Below, in pieces: positions 11,624 to 22,487 of a stretch of DNA of 64,000 bases. Within the stretch, counting starts at the first letter, position 1, and the number at the start of each line of letters is the position of its first letter. The notes under the pieces are model-generated. The model was given only the letters and a program-made list of their open reading frames with translations. It was not told the DNA's origin and searched no databases. The DNA is from a virus (Duplodnaviria > Caudoviricetes), in the IMG/VR virus record IMGVR_UViG_3300028833_005986, positions 32,001 to 96,000 of that record. One strand, written 5' to 3'. The position numbers and the translations under genes were made by a program.

Positions 11624-11974
11624 TTATAATTGTTGTAATAGCAAATAACTATTATATTTAACATTAGGAAATTTTTGACATAATTTTTGTAAAATTTCAC
11701 AAGCCATATATTTATAATATATATCAATAAATATTAATTCATTAGGAGTTAACATATCTTTATTCAATAAATAAAAATATGTTACATTATTAACAAACAT
11801 ATCTTTACAATCAATATATGAAGTTATATCTGCAACTTCAAACTCATAAGTAGATACAATTAATTGATCATTAATATAAATAGCATCTGCTGATAAATAT
11901 TCATTATTAATTTTTACTATTGATATATTAAAATATTGTTTAAACTCCTGATATAAATCCTTCATAATTGTCAT
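11624..11974 (-). CDS. small paralogue-family protein
   Basis: LTPNELIFI motif; ends NSYLLLQQL. Confidence 0.75.
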   Translation of the reverse strand: MTIMKDLYQEFKQYFNISIVKINNEYLSADAIYINDQLIVSTYEFEVADITSYIDCKDMFVNNVTYFYLLNKDMLTPNELIFIDIYYKYMACEILQKLCQKFPNVKYNSYLLLQQL

Positions 11975-11998
11975 ATATATGCTCCTATTAAATAAAAA

Positions 11999-12280
11999 TT
12001 ATAATTGTTTTAATAATAATTTACCACATATATTATGATAAAAATCGGAAATAAAATTATTATACTGCTGAAAAGACATTATATCAGATACAAATTTAAA
12101 TGTAGACTGTATAAACGATTTTAATGATACTTTTGATATAGTCTGATTATAATAATTAAATATTAGACTGACTTGATTTATGTCTTTTATATATAATAAG
12201 CATATAGATTTAAATTGATTAATAACTAATTTATATTGATATATATTATTAGTTAATTCACATACTTGATATTTATCCAT
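11999..12280 (-). CDS. small paralogue-family protein (start more likely ATG 12280 than 12385)
   Basis: ATG 12280 overlaps the upstream stop; ends GKLLLKQL. Confidence 0.6.
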   Translation of the reverse strand: MDKYQVCELTNNIYQYKLVINQFKSICLLYIKDINQVSLIFNYYNQTISKVSLKSFIQSTFKFVSDIMSFQQYNNFISDFYHNICGKLLLKQL

Positions 12281-13070
12281 TTCTAACAAATTTATTAATA
12301 TATTCTCGATCTTTAGCAAATACCGGAATATCATAGTCAATAACCCAACGATAGCGTTGAATATCTTCATTTTTATATTCATCATGTACTATATATCCTT
12401 CTTTTTTAGTACACACTCCACGTTTAAAAAATGTAGGATATTCATTCCAATTAATTCCTATATTTTTTAATTTTTCTTGAATATTAGTATTACTTAAATT
12501 TCTTATTTTTTCAGAGCTAAAATAATAATTACCTGCTAATTGAACTGAATTTTTAGCACATTCAGTTTGTCTATAAAGAAAATAATTAATAACTTCACTT
12601 TCAGGAATATTAAATACTACAGATTCGAATGACATTCGATTAATATTAGATGAATATTGATTTGTTGCTTCTGCATCTAATTCTGCATGATTTAAAATCG
12701 CATGAGTATATGCGGCATTAAATGCTATAGTAGCAATTGAAGAGGATATTGACGCAATTTTTTGTACATTACCATTTTGCCATTGACCTAAAGTAATTTT
12801 TTTATAATCAGTTAATAATAAATTAATTTCATCTGCTTGAATATATGCGAATTCTACATTAGTTAATTGTTCACATAAAGTCAAAGCAGTATTATGCATA
12901 CTTTCCATAAAAAGTGGATCAAACGGTTTTTTCATAAAAGACATAAAATTATGAGCATTTAACATATCAATACGAATAATAACAGGAGTACGCTTAGTAA
13001 GAAAAAAACGATATGGAAATTCATAATTTTGACGCATTCTTTCGCCTAATAAATCTTTATTATTTTGCAT
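12273..13070 (-). CDS. Thg1-like tRNA-His guanylyltransferase / 3'-5' polymerase family protein (divergent motifs)
   Basis: TPVIIRID, YIQADEINLLL, NVQKIAS, YFLYRQ.EC.KNS, GINWN.YP..FKRG. Confidence 0.85.
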   Translation of the reverse strand: MQNNKDLLGERMRQNYEFPYRFFLTKRTPVIIRIDMLNAHNFMSFMKKPFDPLFMESMHNTALTLCEQLTNVEFAYIQADEINLLLTDYKKITLGQWQNGNVQKIASISSSIATIAFNAAYTHAILNHAELDAEATNQYSSNINRMSFESVVFNIPESEVINYFLYRQTECAKNSVQLAGNYYFSSEKIRNLSNTNIQEKLKNIGINWNEYPTFFKRGVCTKKEGYIVHDEYKNEDIQRYRWVIDYDIPVFAKDREYINKFVRNG

Positions 13071-13098
13071 AATTAATAAATTTACTCCTTAAAAATCA

Positions 13099-13524
13099 TT
13101 ATTTTTGCCAATATAAGGCTGATAAATAAATACAATGACTTAATGCAATACTAGCTTTAGTAGGATAATCATTTAATTTGTATAATAATAAATAACTTTC
13201 TATTTCATTTTTATAATCATTATTTAATAACGCACATAAAATTTTATTTAAAATAGAAATACCACAATATTTATAATTTTTATAAATAAAATCTTGTTCT
13301 TCAATTGTTAAAGCTTTACAATTGTTACATAAATATAATACAATTTTATTAATAGTCATAATATATAATGGTTTAAACGTCCAATTACAAGTACATATTT
13401 TTTTTTCATTATATATTAATTTAAAATTATAATATAAGCCTTTTTCCCAATTAACAGATATATAACGAAAATTAGGTAATTGCTTAGATATACTTTTATA
13501 CATTTTTTGAAAATGCTTATTCAT
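13099..13524 (-). CDS. small paralogue-family protein
   Basis: LTIEEQDFIY and ESYLLLYKL motifs. Confidence 0.7.
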   Translation of the reverse strand: MNKHFQKMYKSISKQLPNFRYISVNWEKGLYYNFKLIYNEKKICTCNWTFKPLYIMTINKIVLYLCNNCKALTIEEQDFIYKNYKYCGISILNKILCALLNNDYKNEIESYLLLYKLNDYPTKASIALSHCIYLSALYWQK

Positions 13525-13534
13525 AATTTTTTCC

Positions 13535-13999
13535 TTATAATGTATATAACAAAATTAAACTATTAATATGAAATTGATATTTTTCAATAAAATATTTTTT
13601 AAAATCTTTTAAAAATTGAATTTTATCATCATTATTATTGATTTTATTTAAAAATAAATCTATATGTTCTAAAATAAATAACTGTTCAAATTCATCAGAA
13701 GTATTATTTACTACATAAAACAAAAATCTTTCAGCTAATTCTTTAATAATATAATCTTCACTAATATTAATTACGTATTTTTTATTATATGGAAAAAACC
13801 ATGAAAGAAATCCTTTTTGTCTATAAAAAACTTCAAATAATATTCCAATTTGAGGCTTTTTATTTTGTAAAGTATATTCATTAATAATAAATATTATCTT
13901 ATCATTATTAACATATTTTAAAATAATCATTTGTGCTTCATGTATTATATCTAATATATCATTTTTAACTAAACATTGAGATAATTTTTTCTTTCTCAT
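13535..13999 (-). CDS. small paralogue-family protein
   Basis: EFEQLFIL; ends NSLILLYTL. Confidence 0.7.
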   Translation of the reverse strand: MRKKKLSQCLVKNDILDIIHEAQMIILKYVNNDKIIFIINEYTLQNKKPQIGILFEVFYRQKGFLSWFFPYNKKYVINISEDYIIKELAERFLFYVVNNTSDEFEQLFILEHIDLFLNKINNNDDKIQFLKDFKKYFIEKYQFHINSLILLYTL

Positions 14000-14436
14000 T
14001 ATATTAATTTATGAATTGCTTGCTGAATTTTTTGCGGTAAAAAATAATAATATTTTAATATTGTATCTGTATAAACATTTTTAGAATAATTATATATAAA
14101 TTGTAAAATATAGTTTTCTTCATTTTCTGTTAATATATCATTTTTTGCCTGTTCGCAAACAATATAGCATAATATTTTATGTATATCATTAAGATAAATA
14201 TGTATATCTATTAGATCATCTATATTATTAATAGAATATTTTAATAATATATTTTGTCTATATAAACATAATACTTTATATTCATTATTAAAATATAATG
14301 TATAATTAAAAAATCGTTTATCTGGAATAATTTTTAATAAAATTTCTTTTTCTTGCTGACAAAATTTTTGAATTGCTTCTTTATCCAATTGTATATTTTT
14401 TTCTATTTTTTTTATTTTAAGCACAATTTTTATCAC
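13999..14436 (-). CDS. small paralogue-family protein
   Basis: LTENEENYIL motif. Confidence 0.65.
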   Translation of the reverse strand: MIKIVLKIKKIEKNIQLDKEAIQKFCQQEKEILLKIIPDKRFFNYTLYFNNEYKVLCLYRQNILLKYSINNIDDLIDIHIYLNDIHKILCYIVCEQAKNDILTENEENYILQFIYNYSKNVYTDTILKYYYFLPQKIQQAIHKLI

Positions 14437-14890
14437 CTAGTCTTTCAATTGATTTAATCCAATTAGTATTAAACCACACAGTAGATTCACAATCCCAACC
14501 ATAAAGTTGCGGAAGTGTATAATCAATACAATGAATTCCATCGAATAATTTAGAAACTTTATTAAAATTAATCATATATTTGCCAAGAAATGAATCAAAT
14601 TGTTTCGGTAAAGAATTTAAATCCTCTTCATTATTAATTTCAAAAACTTTTAAATTATTTTTAGGTATAATTTTATATTTAATTTTATGATTTTTAATAT
14701 TAAATTCATTAATTTGGCACCACAAATCCCACTGACTACTATTTGTATCAATTAATGTTGATGTCCATAAAGCTTTATATGGTTTATTTAAGCTATTAAC
14801 AAAATTAAATTTTACCTTAGAAATACAAAAATCAGATGAATGAATTAATAATTGAGTATTAATTTTATTAGTAATCATTTTGTACCTCAA
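14417..14890 (-). CDS. conserved phage hypothetical protein (KP..LWTS / W..WC / DGIH / LYGWDCES motifs)
   Basis: Motif pattern recognised from recurrent phage proteins; function not assigned. Confidence 0.65.
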   Translation of the reverse strand: MRYKMITNKINTQLLIHSSDFCISKVKFNFVNSLNKPYKALWTSTLIDTNSSQWDLWCQINEFNIKNHKIKYKIIPKNNLKVFEINNEEDLNSLPKQFDSFLGKYMINFNKVSKLFDGIHCIDYTLPQLYGWDCESTVWFNTNWIKSIERLGDKNCA

Positions 14891-14950
14891 TTTCTAAAAT
14901 ACTCTTTATTAAAAATATTTTAATATATTAAAAATTAAATAAAAAATAAA

Positions 14951-15274
14951 TTAGATTTTATTTAATAATAGATACGCTTTTAATTTATCTTGATATACTT
15001 CAGAAAATTGAGATAAATTACGTTCTAAATGAATATAATCAATTCGATGTTTATATTTATAAATGAATTGCTGCTCTATATTTGTAAATTTAAAACTGAA
15101 AAATAAATATAATAATAATTCATTAATTGCATACTTTAATGAATTATTATTTTCAACAGCTATATTAAAATCAAATACAACATTAGATTTATTGTAGCAG
15201 AAATATTCTTCCTTTAATTCTAATAAAGGAAGATCTCGATGTAAAATATTAAAAATATGATTAATTTTAATCAC
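14951..15274 (-). CDS. small paralogue-family protein
   Basis: FTNIEQQFIY; ends KAYLLLNKI; AGGAGG RBS. Confidence 0.75.
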   Translation of the reverse strand: MIKINHIFNILHRDLPLLELKEEYFCYNKSNVVFDFNIAVENNNSLKYAINELLLYLFFSFKFTNIEQQFIYKYKHRIDYIHLERNLSQFSEVYQDKLKAYLLLNKI

Positions 15275-15332
15275 TAAAATTCCTCCTTAAAAAAATTAAA
15301 AAAACATTAATTAATAATGTTTTTTTTTATTG

Positions 15333-16934
15333 CTATACAAGAGTACTTCGTATAAATGCATCAAATAATGGCTCAGAATTAATAGGAGTACTTAATAATT
15401 CAGGGTGTCCTTGAATTCCTATATAAAATTTATTTTTATCATATTCTATAATTTCTACTAATTCATTGTCATTATCATTTTTATTATATGATGATGTTCC
15501 GACAATTTTCATTCCATAATTAGTAAATAATTCTCGATATTGATTATTAAATTCATATCTATGCCGATGACGAATATTAATAACATCTTTTTTATAAATA
15601 TTATATATTTGTGAATTTTTTTCTAATTTACAAATATAATCACCGAGCCTTAAAGTTTGGCACATTTCGGTTAAATTACGCTGTTGTTCCATTAAATGAA
15701 CTATTAAATTATTACTACTTTGTTTAGTCTCACTAATAATTTCTTCTGAGTTAGCATCCGATAAATTTAATACATTTCTAGCAAATTCAACGAACATTGC
15801 TTGTGCACCAAAACATATACCTAAACACGGAATATTATTTTCTCGTGCATATTTAGCTGCTAAAATTTTTCCCTCAAAGCCTCTGCTACCAAATCCGCCA
15901 GGAATTAATATCCCATCTGATTCTGATAATTCATTAATATTAACTGCTTCAGCATTAATCCATTTAATATTAATATTAACATTATTTTTCCATCCAGCAA
16001 ATCTTAAAGCTTCAGTAATAGATATATATGAATCTTTTAATTTTAAATATTTGCCAACAATTCCAATTGTAACAGTATTATCGCATTGATTAAATATAAT
16101 ATTATTCCATGGATCATCTTGATAATTAAATTTTAACTTTAATTTATATTCTAATGCAGGAATAATATTTTCTTTAATTAACATAGACGGAACATAGTAT
16201 ATAGAATTTGCATTTAAATTTTTAATAATAAATTTAGATTTTATATTAGTAAATAAAGATAATTTATTCTTTATAGCATCATCAAAATCTTGATCCGCTC
16301 GGCAAATTAAAATATCTGGATTTATACCCAATGATTTACAAGATTCAACGCCTTGTTGAGCAATTTTAGTTTTTATTTCTTGCGTAGTTTGCAAAAAAGG
16401 TAAATATACTAATAAACAAATTAAACAATTATTAACTGATAATTCATATTGTAATTGTCTAATTGATTCAATATATGGCAAAGCTTCTATATCTTTTATA
16501 TTTCCACCAATTTCATGAATAACAATATCATATTGATTATTAAATAATTTAATATATCTTTTTATCTCATTAGTAATATGTGGAATCATTTGAATAGTTT
16601 CTCCGAGATATTTACCTTGTTTTTCATTAGTTAATATATTATCATATATTACTCCAGAAGTAATAGAATTATTTTTTTCTAATAAATATGGATCATTTAA
16701 AAAATTAGCATAATTTAATAGATCCATATCACCTGTCCAGCCATCTTTTAATGGAATACTTTCTCCATGAGATTCAGGATTAATATTGCTCGCGGAAATA
16801 TTATAGTACGGGTCAAATTTTTGAATTGTAACTGTATAACCGCAAGATTTTATAATATGTGCTAAACTAGCAGAAATAATACCTTTACCTAATCCGCTTA
16901 AAGACGCGGATAAAACAAATATATGTTTAGTCAA
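15333..16934 (-). CDS. pyrG: CTP synthase
   Basis: SGLGKG, KFDPY, HGE, KTK, GGFG.RG, LGICFG, RHRHRYE, QGHPE. Confidence 0.97.
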   Translation of the reverse strand: MTKHIFVLSASLSGLGKGIISASLAHIIKSCGYTVTIQKFDPYYNISASNINPESHGESIPLKDGWTGDMDLLNYANFLNDPYLLEKNNSITSGVIYDNILTNEKQGKYLGETIQMIPHITNEIKRYIKLFNNQYDIVIHEIGGNIKDIEALPYIESIRQLQYELSVNNCLICLLVYLPFLQTTQEIKTKIAQQGVESCKSLGINPDILICRADQDFDDAIKNKLSLFTNIKSKFIIKNLNANSIYYVPSMLIKENIIPALEYKLKLKFNYQDDPWNNIIFNQCDNTVTIGIVGKYLKLKDSYISITEALRFAGWKNNVNINIKWINAEAVNINELSESDGILIPGGFGSRGFEGKILAAKYARENNIPCLGICFGAQAMFVEFARNVLNLSDANSEEIISETKQSSNNLIVHLMEQQRNLTEMCQTLRLGDYICKLEKNSQIYNIYKKDVINIRHRHRYEFNNQYRELFTNYGMKIVGTSSYNKNDNDNELVEIIEYDKNKFYIGIQGHPELLSTPINSEPLFDAFIRSTLV

Positions 16935-17076
16935 TTTTATTACCGACCTTGATATAAAAATTCTGTATAATTATACTTTTTATTTATCAATTATTTAATA
17001 AATTAATATCAAATAAGTAAAATTCAATAATAAGTTTAATCATTCTGTTGAGTAAAAATCTATATAAAAAATACTT

Positions 17077-17775
17077 TTATAGTTTTAATAAAAGTTGTAA
17101 AGCTTTCCACTGTTCATTATTAAATGAAATCCGTACTGAAGAACTATTTAAATATTCTGCAATATAACCACGATTATATAAACTGCTATGTAATTTTTTA
17201 TACATAGATTGTATAAAAGTTGTAATCATTTCCGCCGTAAAATATTCTTGAAATAAAAGAAAAAATACAAACATTTTATTATATCCACGCTTACATTTTT
17301 TATATAATTGATCTCCCCAACGATTAAATATATCTTCTAAATGCGGTTCAAGTAAAAATAAATGCTCTGATTTAATTAATTTATTTGCATCTTTCTTTTT
17401 ATAATATAAAGCTGGATATACCAAATACCAATAATTTGATTTAAACAAACAAATATATAAATATTCTATATTATTAGATAATTTATTAATCATAAGCGGA
17501 AAATATTTTTGATATAATTCATTCTGTCGTGCATCTTGCGAAGATAAAGAAGAACAATATAAAAATGCGATTTCGTCATTTGCATTTATTAAATATTGTT
17601 CTATTTGTTCTTCAGATAATCCTTGTTCTTGAGCAATCACAAAAAATCTATCAAAATGACCATATAAACTAATACTTTGTCTATATTTATTACGTAATTT
17701 TTGCTTAGATAAATATACATTCATTAATGTAGAATTAAAATCTAATATATCTTTCATATAAAAATCACCTTTCAT
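17077..17775 (-). CDS. paralogue-family protein (longer form)
   Basis: Ends KALQLLLKL. Confidence 0.7.
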   Translation of the reverse strand: MKGDFYMKDILDFNSTLMNVYLSKQKLRNKYRQSISLYGHFDRFFVIAQEQGLSEEQIEQYLINANDEIAFLYCSSLSSQDARQNELYQKYFPLMINKLSNNIEYLYICLFKSNYWYLVYPALYYKKKDANKLIKSEHLFLLEPHLEDIFNRWGDQLYKKCKRGYNKMFVFFLLFQEYFTAEMITTFIQSMYKKLHSSLYNRGYIAEYLNSSSVRISFNNEQWKALQLLLKL

Positions 17776-17868
17776 TATTTTTTTTATAATAACGAAAGGC
17801 TAATATATTTTTTTATAATATAGATTTTATTTATCTATCAATAAAAATTTTTACAATAAAAGAATTAA

Positions 17869-18585
17869 TTAAAGATCACGTAATAAATATTTACTATTAA
17901 ATTCATGTTTATATTCATTAGGACATGTAGAATCATTAATATATTGTTTTATTAATTGTATACGATCTAAATTTATATCATTTTTAATTAATTTATCATA
18001 ATAACGAATCATTTTATCAATTAAAAGTTGATATTGATCGCTAGTAAAAAAAGGTTCAAAATATATAAAATATATAAATGTATCTATGCTTCGTTGTTGT
18101 GCTCTCGTCCAATAATCTTGTCCATATTGATTATAAATTTTTATTAAAAATGAATATAATAAATCAAAAAAACGTTCTCTTAATAAAAATTTTTTAAGTG
18201 ATTCATTATGATATATAATAGTTAAATTATTCATAAATAATATATTATAATTAGTAAATAATAAATCATATAAAGTACGTTCAAAATATAATAATTGCTT
18301 TAAACAATATATAAAATATTCACGATATGTATTATATGTACTAGATATAATTTTCTGATTATTCATCATATTATATGGTACTTTTTTTAACTTTACTTCT
18401 GTATTAATAACTAATTCATTTTCGGTAAAATCTTTATTAAAAAAATTGCAAAAATATAAACAATATAAATAATAATCTTGTTTAGAAAACTTTTTAATTA
18501 TTACAGGATTTATTTTTAATAAAAAACATAATTCATTAAAAATACTGTCATAATTAATAGTACTAATTGCTGGAAATACTGCCAC
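17869..18585 (-). CDS. paralogue-family protein (longer form)
   Basis: FTENEL motif; ends NSKYLLRDL. Confidence 0.7.
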   Translation of the reverse strand: MAVFPAISTINYDSIFNELCFLLKINPVIIKKFSKQDYYLYCLYFCNFFNKDFTENELVINTEVKLKKVPYNMMNNQKIISSTYNTYREYFIYCLKQLLYFERTLYDLLFTNYNILFMNNLTIIYHNESLKKFLLRERFFDLLYSFLIKIYNQYGQDYWTRAQQRSIDTFIYFIYFEPFFTSDQYQLLIDKMIRYYDKLIKNDINLDRIQLIKQYINDSTCPNEYKHEFNSKYLLRDL

Positions 18586-19183
18586 TTAATTTTCGCCTCC
18601 TCTCCTTTAATTTTTTTTGTATTGTATTATACAATATATCCGCTTCATAATTATTGCAATTAGGCATTATATAATCTATAAATCTATAATAATGATCAAT
18701 TAAATTTTTTTCATATTCATAATATGACGGTAATTTATATTTTATATATTCTAAATGCTTTCGGCATATTATAGAAATTAATAAATTAATTTCAGAAAAT
18801 GATAATAAATTAATAGATCTATTATATATTCTTTTTAATTCATTTTGTAATAAAGAAATATTAATATTATCTGGATTAATTCCAAATTCATTTTCTAATC
18901 TAATAATCGCTTCTTCGCGCGATACATGATTTAATAATTCATAAAATTTTATTATATCGCCGCCAGCATTACAGCCAAAGCAATAAAACGAATCATGATC
19001 TTGCGGACCTAATTGAGTCATAAAGCCTTTAGGATAAATAGTAAATGATGGAGTTTTTTCATTATGAAACGGACAACAAGCTTTATAACTAGTTCCAACT
19101 TGTTTAATATTAGTTACATATTTTGATATATAATCTACTCCATCAATATAATTATATAATTTTTGAATTCTTAACTTATTCAT
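18563..19183 (-). CDS. CHC2 zinc-finger protein (stand-alone DnaG primase Zn-binding domain)
   Basis: CPFHNEKTPSF...FYCFGC..GGDII; no TOPRIM domain follows. Confidence 0.88.
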   Translation of the reverse strand: MNKLRIQKLYNYIDGVDYISKYVTNIKQVGTSYKACCPFHNEKTPSFTIYPKGFMTQLGPQDHDSFYCFGCNAGGDIIKFYELLNHVSREEAIIRLENEFGINPDNINISLLQNELKRIYNRSINLLSFSEINLLISIICRKHLEYIKYKLPSYYEYEKNLIDHYYRFIDYIMPNCNNYEADILYNTIQKKLKERRRKLSGSISSN

Positions 19184-19215
19184 TTAATCGCTTTCATATA
19201 AAAAAAATAATGAAA

Positions 19216-20619
19216 CTAAATTAATACTTTTCCCCAAGTAGTTTCATTATTAATATTTTCAGCTACTGGAATCATTTGCATCATTGCATAATTCTTTTTA
19301 AAAGGAATTGAAAATGGTGCAGCATCCCTTGTTTTAAAACTTTCTAATATAGCATAATCTGATTCGGGATTTACAATTTTTATAGAAATACCCCAATCAA
19401 TATGATCGCCTACTTGATCAGATTCAGCTATATAAGCAGATTCTGCATGTCCTCCCTTCTGTTGCATATCATTTTTTCCTTGCCTACTCATTTGGGCAGC
19501 TGAATATACTACACAATTTCGCTTTCTAGCAATACGTTTTAAACTTAACGCAATATTACCTTGTTGATGACGTTTTTCTGGTACATCTATATCAGGCATC
19601 ATTAATCCTGCATAATCAATTACTACAATGTCAAATTGTATATTTCGTTTTGTCTGTTCTAACGCTAAAGTCGAATCTATAAATGCAGGTTTACATTGAT
19701 TAGGTACGTCTATAATTACAAATGCTCCCATTTGATTTCCATCAATAGTTTTATTATGTTTTAAATTATCGATATATTGTTCAAAACGTTTATAATCTGC
19801 AGTATTTAAAGTAGCGCGTTTTAAATTATTAGATGAAATAGAACAAGCACAGGCAGCTAAACGTCTTTCATAATCTTCTTTAGAAATTTCTAATGAAAAT
19901 AATAATACATTATAACCTACTTTACAAGCATTATAAGCAAGATTTAATAATAATATAGATTTACCAGTACCTTTACGCCCAATAACATAAACTAATTCAG
20001 TACGTCTAAACCCGCCTTCTACTTGATCAATAGCTTCGAATCCTGATGGTATATATTCAATACTATCAGGATGATCACGAAGATAATTATATCTTTCTAA
20101 TTGTTCTTTAGCTGATTCTTGAAGTGATCCGCTTTTTAAAATAATGTTATTATCAATAGATAAATCTGTCAACTTCGTTAATAATTCAGTGTTTAATGTA
20201 TCTACTTCAGCTTCACTTAAAGTAGTATTAGATTTTTCAGTAATTTCTTGCGCGATATGTGTTAATTCTTCTCGTTTATATTGATATTTTAATATTTGTA
20301 TAGTTTGTTTAAAACTAGCTTCATCAGGCTCTATTTCAATTAAATCATCATTATACAATGAATTATATATAACCATATCGTCATCTGAAATATATTGACT
20401 ATATATTTCACTATAAAATATATTTGATAAAGTAGTGGGAATTAATACATCATTATTATGATGATAATAAAATTTTAATAATTTAAATATTCTTTGATAT
20501 TTTTTTGAAAAATATTTAGAATGTAATTCATTATCACTTAATTCTAAGTATTTTTTGTCAGTTAATAAATATTTTAATATTTTTTGTTCATTTTGTAATT
20601 TTAGTTCAGCTAAAGTCAT
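19216..20619 (-). CDS. dnaB: DnaB-like replicative helicase
   Basis: Walker A GRKGTGKS, FSLE, IVVIDY, AAQMSR, K.R finger. Confidence 0.9.
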   Translation of the reverse strand: MTLAELKLQNEQKILKYLLTDKKYLELSDNELHSKYFSKKYQRIFKLLKFYYHHNNDVLIPTTLSNIFYSEIYSQYISDDDMVIYNSLYNDDLIEIEPDEASFKQTIQILKYQYKREELTHIAQEITEKSNTTLSEAEVDTLNTELLTKLTDLSIDNNIILKSGSLQESAKEQLERYNYLRDHPDSIEYIPSGFEAIDQVEGGFRRTELVYVIGRKGTGKSILLLNLAYNACKVGYNVLLFSLEISKEDYERRLAACACSISSNNLKRATLNTADYKRFEQYIDNLKHNKTIDGNQMGAFVIIDVPNQCKPAFIDSTLALEQTKRNIQFDIVVIDYAGLMMPDIDVPEKRHQQGNIALSLKRIARKRNCVVYSAAQMSRQGKNDMQQKGGHAESAYIAESDQVGDHIDWGISIKIVNPESDYAILESFKTRDAAPFSIPFKKNYAMMQMIPVAENINNETTWGKVLI

Positions 20620-20637
20620 TCAAATCACCTAAAATAT

Positions 20638-21249
20638 TTACACTGAAGAACAAATTAATTTACAATTACGTTGTATAATATCATTTATTGACTTAGTATA
20701 AATATTACTAATTTCATTTATATCTATATTAGTAGTAATCCAAGTTAATTTTCCTGACATTTCACGATTACGTAAAATATTATCTAATAAAGACACAGAT
20801 GATCTAGCTTGTGTATATAAACCAGTTTCACTACCAATATTATCTAACACTAATATTTCTGGTAATTTAATTATTGTTTCTAATATAGTAAATGATTTAT
20901 CACTTAATGATAAACGTACTAAATCATCATATAAAATAAATCGTATACAATATAAATTTAATAATAAAGGATTTTTAGCTCGATATATATTTTTAGCTAA
21001 TGTATGCACAGCAATAGTTTTACCTGTATTTGCTTTACCAAAAATAAATAATCCTTTACCTTGCCGTTCATATTCAAGAAAATTATTAAAATATTCTTGA
21101 ATAAATTTTTGTAAATGTGAATTATTCATTTGCTTATTTAAATAAGCTCTACCAAATCCATTTAATTCACATTCAACTAATGCATTTATTAATGTTTCAT
21201 CTTTATATAAATTAGACCAATATATATATTTTTCATCATTTTTAGTCAT
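20638..21249 (-). CDS. DnaC/IstB-like AAA+ helicase loader
   Basis: GLFIFGKANTGKT, LVLDNIGSE, ITTN; adjacent to dnaB. Confidence 0.8.
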   Translation of the reverse strand: MTKNDEKYIYWSNLYKDETLINALVECELNGFGRAYLNKQMNNSHLQKFIQEYFNNFLEYERQGKGLFIFGKANTGKTIAVHTLAKNIYRAKNPLLLNLYCIRFILYDDLVRLSLSDKSFTILETIIKLPEILVLDNIGSETGLYTQARSSVSLLDNILRNREMSGKLTWITTNIDINEISNIYTKSINDIIQRNCKLICSSV

Positions 21250-21287
21250 GTTTATATTTTCCTTTTAAAAATAATTTAAATAAAAAC

Positions 21288-22487
21288 CTATACTTCAAAT
21301 TTTTGTTTATAATTTTTTAACCAAGATTTAAAATTTTGAATATCTATATCATTAGTAAAATGATATAATTTACCATTAATATTAGATTTAGCTAATAAAT
21401 ATAAATCTTTTGTTAGTGGTACTTTTATATTATATAGCCATTCAATTGCTGAATATTGTTGATTGAATTGATTATCTTTTAAAGCTTGTATAATTGATGA
21501 AATAAATATATCTTGTATTCCATATATATTTATGAGATCAATATATGTCATTTCTCCGCGCTTTAATTGATCAATTGCAGAAGATAAATAATTTTTTTCT
21601 GCTGTCGCTTGTTTAATTTCTTTTGCTTGATATGACGATAGAATTGTAATAATTTTACTTTGAATATATGTTAATGGTATAACTTTTTTATTAATTGCAT
21701 ATTGTAATATAAATTGTATTTGTTCTTCATTTAATTTATAAGCTGATTTAATTTTTTGTACGAATTGATAATCTTTAATTGTTTGATATATAGGTATATG
21801 TAAATTTAAACTATCATAATATTGTGTTATAAAATATGGAATAGTATTTTTTTCTTGTAAAAATGGTTTTATTTCTTCTAAATATATTTTTGCATCATGT
21901 GCTTTAAAATTACTCACACCTTTTATATTACATTTTCCCTCTTCTACTTGCATTAACAATGCAGTTTTAACGCATTCATAAGAATAATTATGTAATATAT
22001 TTTTTATAATCACTACTTCTATTCTATAATTATTACATTCTTTATTAATACTATTATAAAATTCTTGTAATAACTGTTTTGCTTGATGATTAATATTTAA
22101 TTGTATTTTATGTAATTTAGCTTTTCCTTTTTTATATATATTATATTCTAATTTAATACAATCATTAATAAATTGACAATTATAGCATTTATATTTATCA
22201 CAGCCTAAACACTGTAATTCTTGAATAGTATCAATATCATTATATGTTTTTTCTAATAAATCAATTTTTTCTCTATATTTATTATGTAATTCATCTTTTT
22301 TCAATCGTAAATGCGCTTTTGCTTTCGCTTTTGTTTCAAATACTTGATTACATATATGACATTTGTATACTATTGTAGGCTTTATTTTATGACTATCCAT
22401 TACATCATCAATATGTTTAATCACATTAATCACCAATCCTATTAATCTGTTATATATTGAAAATAAATTCTTCTCACTTTTATACAT
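21288..22487 (-). CDS. C2H2 zinc-finger-containing protein, possible replication initiator
   Basis: YKCHIC...KAHL..KKDELH and a second Cys cluster; upstream of loader and helicase. Confidence 0.55.
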   Translation of the reverse strand: MYKSEKNLFSIYNRLIGLVINVIKHIDDVMDSHKIKPTIVYKCHICNQVFETKAKAKAHLRLKKDELHNKYREKIDLLEKTYNDIDTIQELQCLGCDKYKCYNCQFINDCIKLEYNIYKKGKAKLHKIQLNINHQAKQLLQEFYNSINKECNNYRIEVVIIKNILHNYSYECVKTALLMQVEEGKCNIKGVSNFKAHDAKIYLEEIKPFLQEKNTIPYFITQYYDSLNLHIPIYQTIKDYQFVQKIKSAYKLNEEQIQFILQYAINKKVIPLTYIQSKIITILSSYQAKEIKQATAEKNYLSSAIDQLKRGEMTYIDLINIYGIQDIFISSIIQALKDNQFNQQYSAIEWLYNIKVPLTKDLYLLAKSNINGKLYHFTNDIDIQNFKSWLKNYKQKFEV

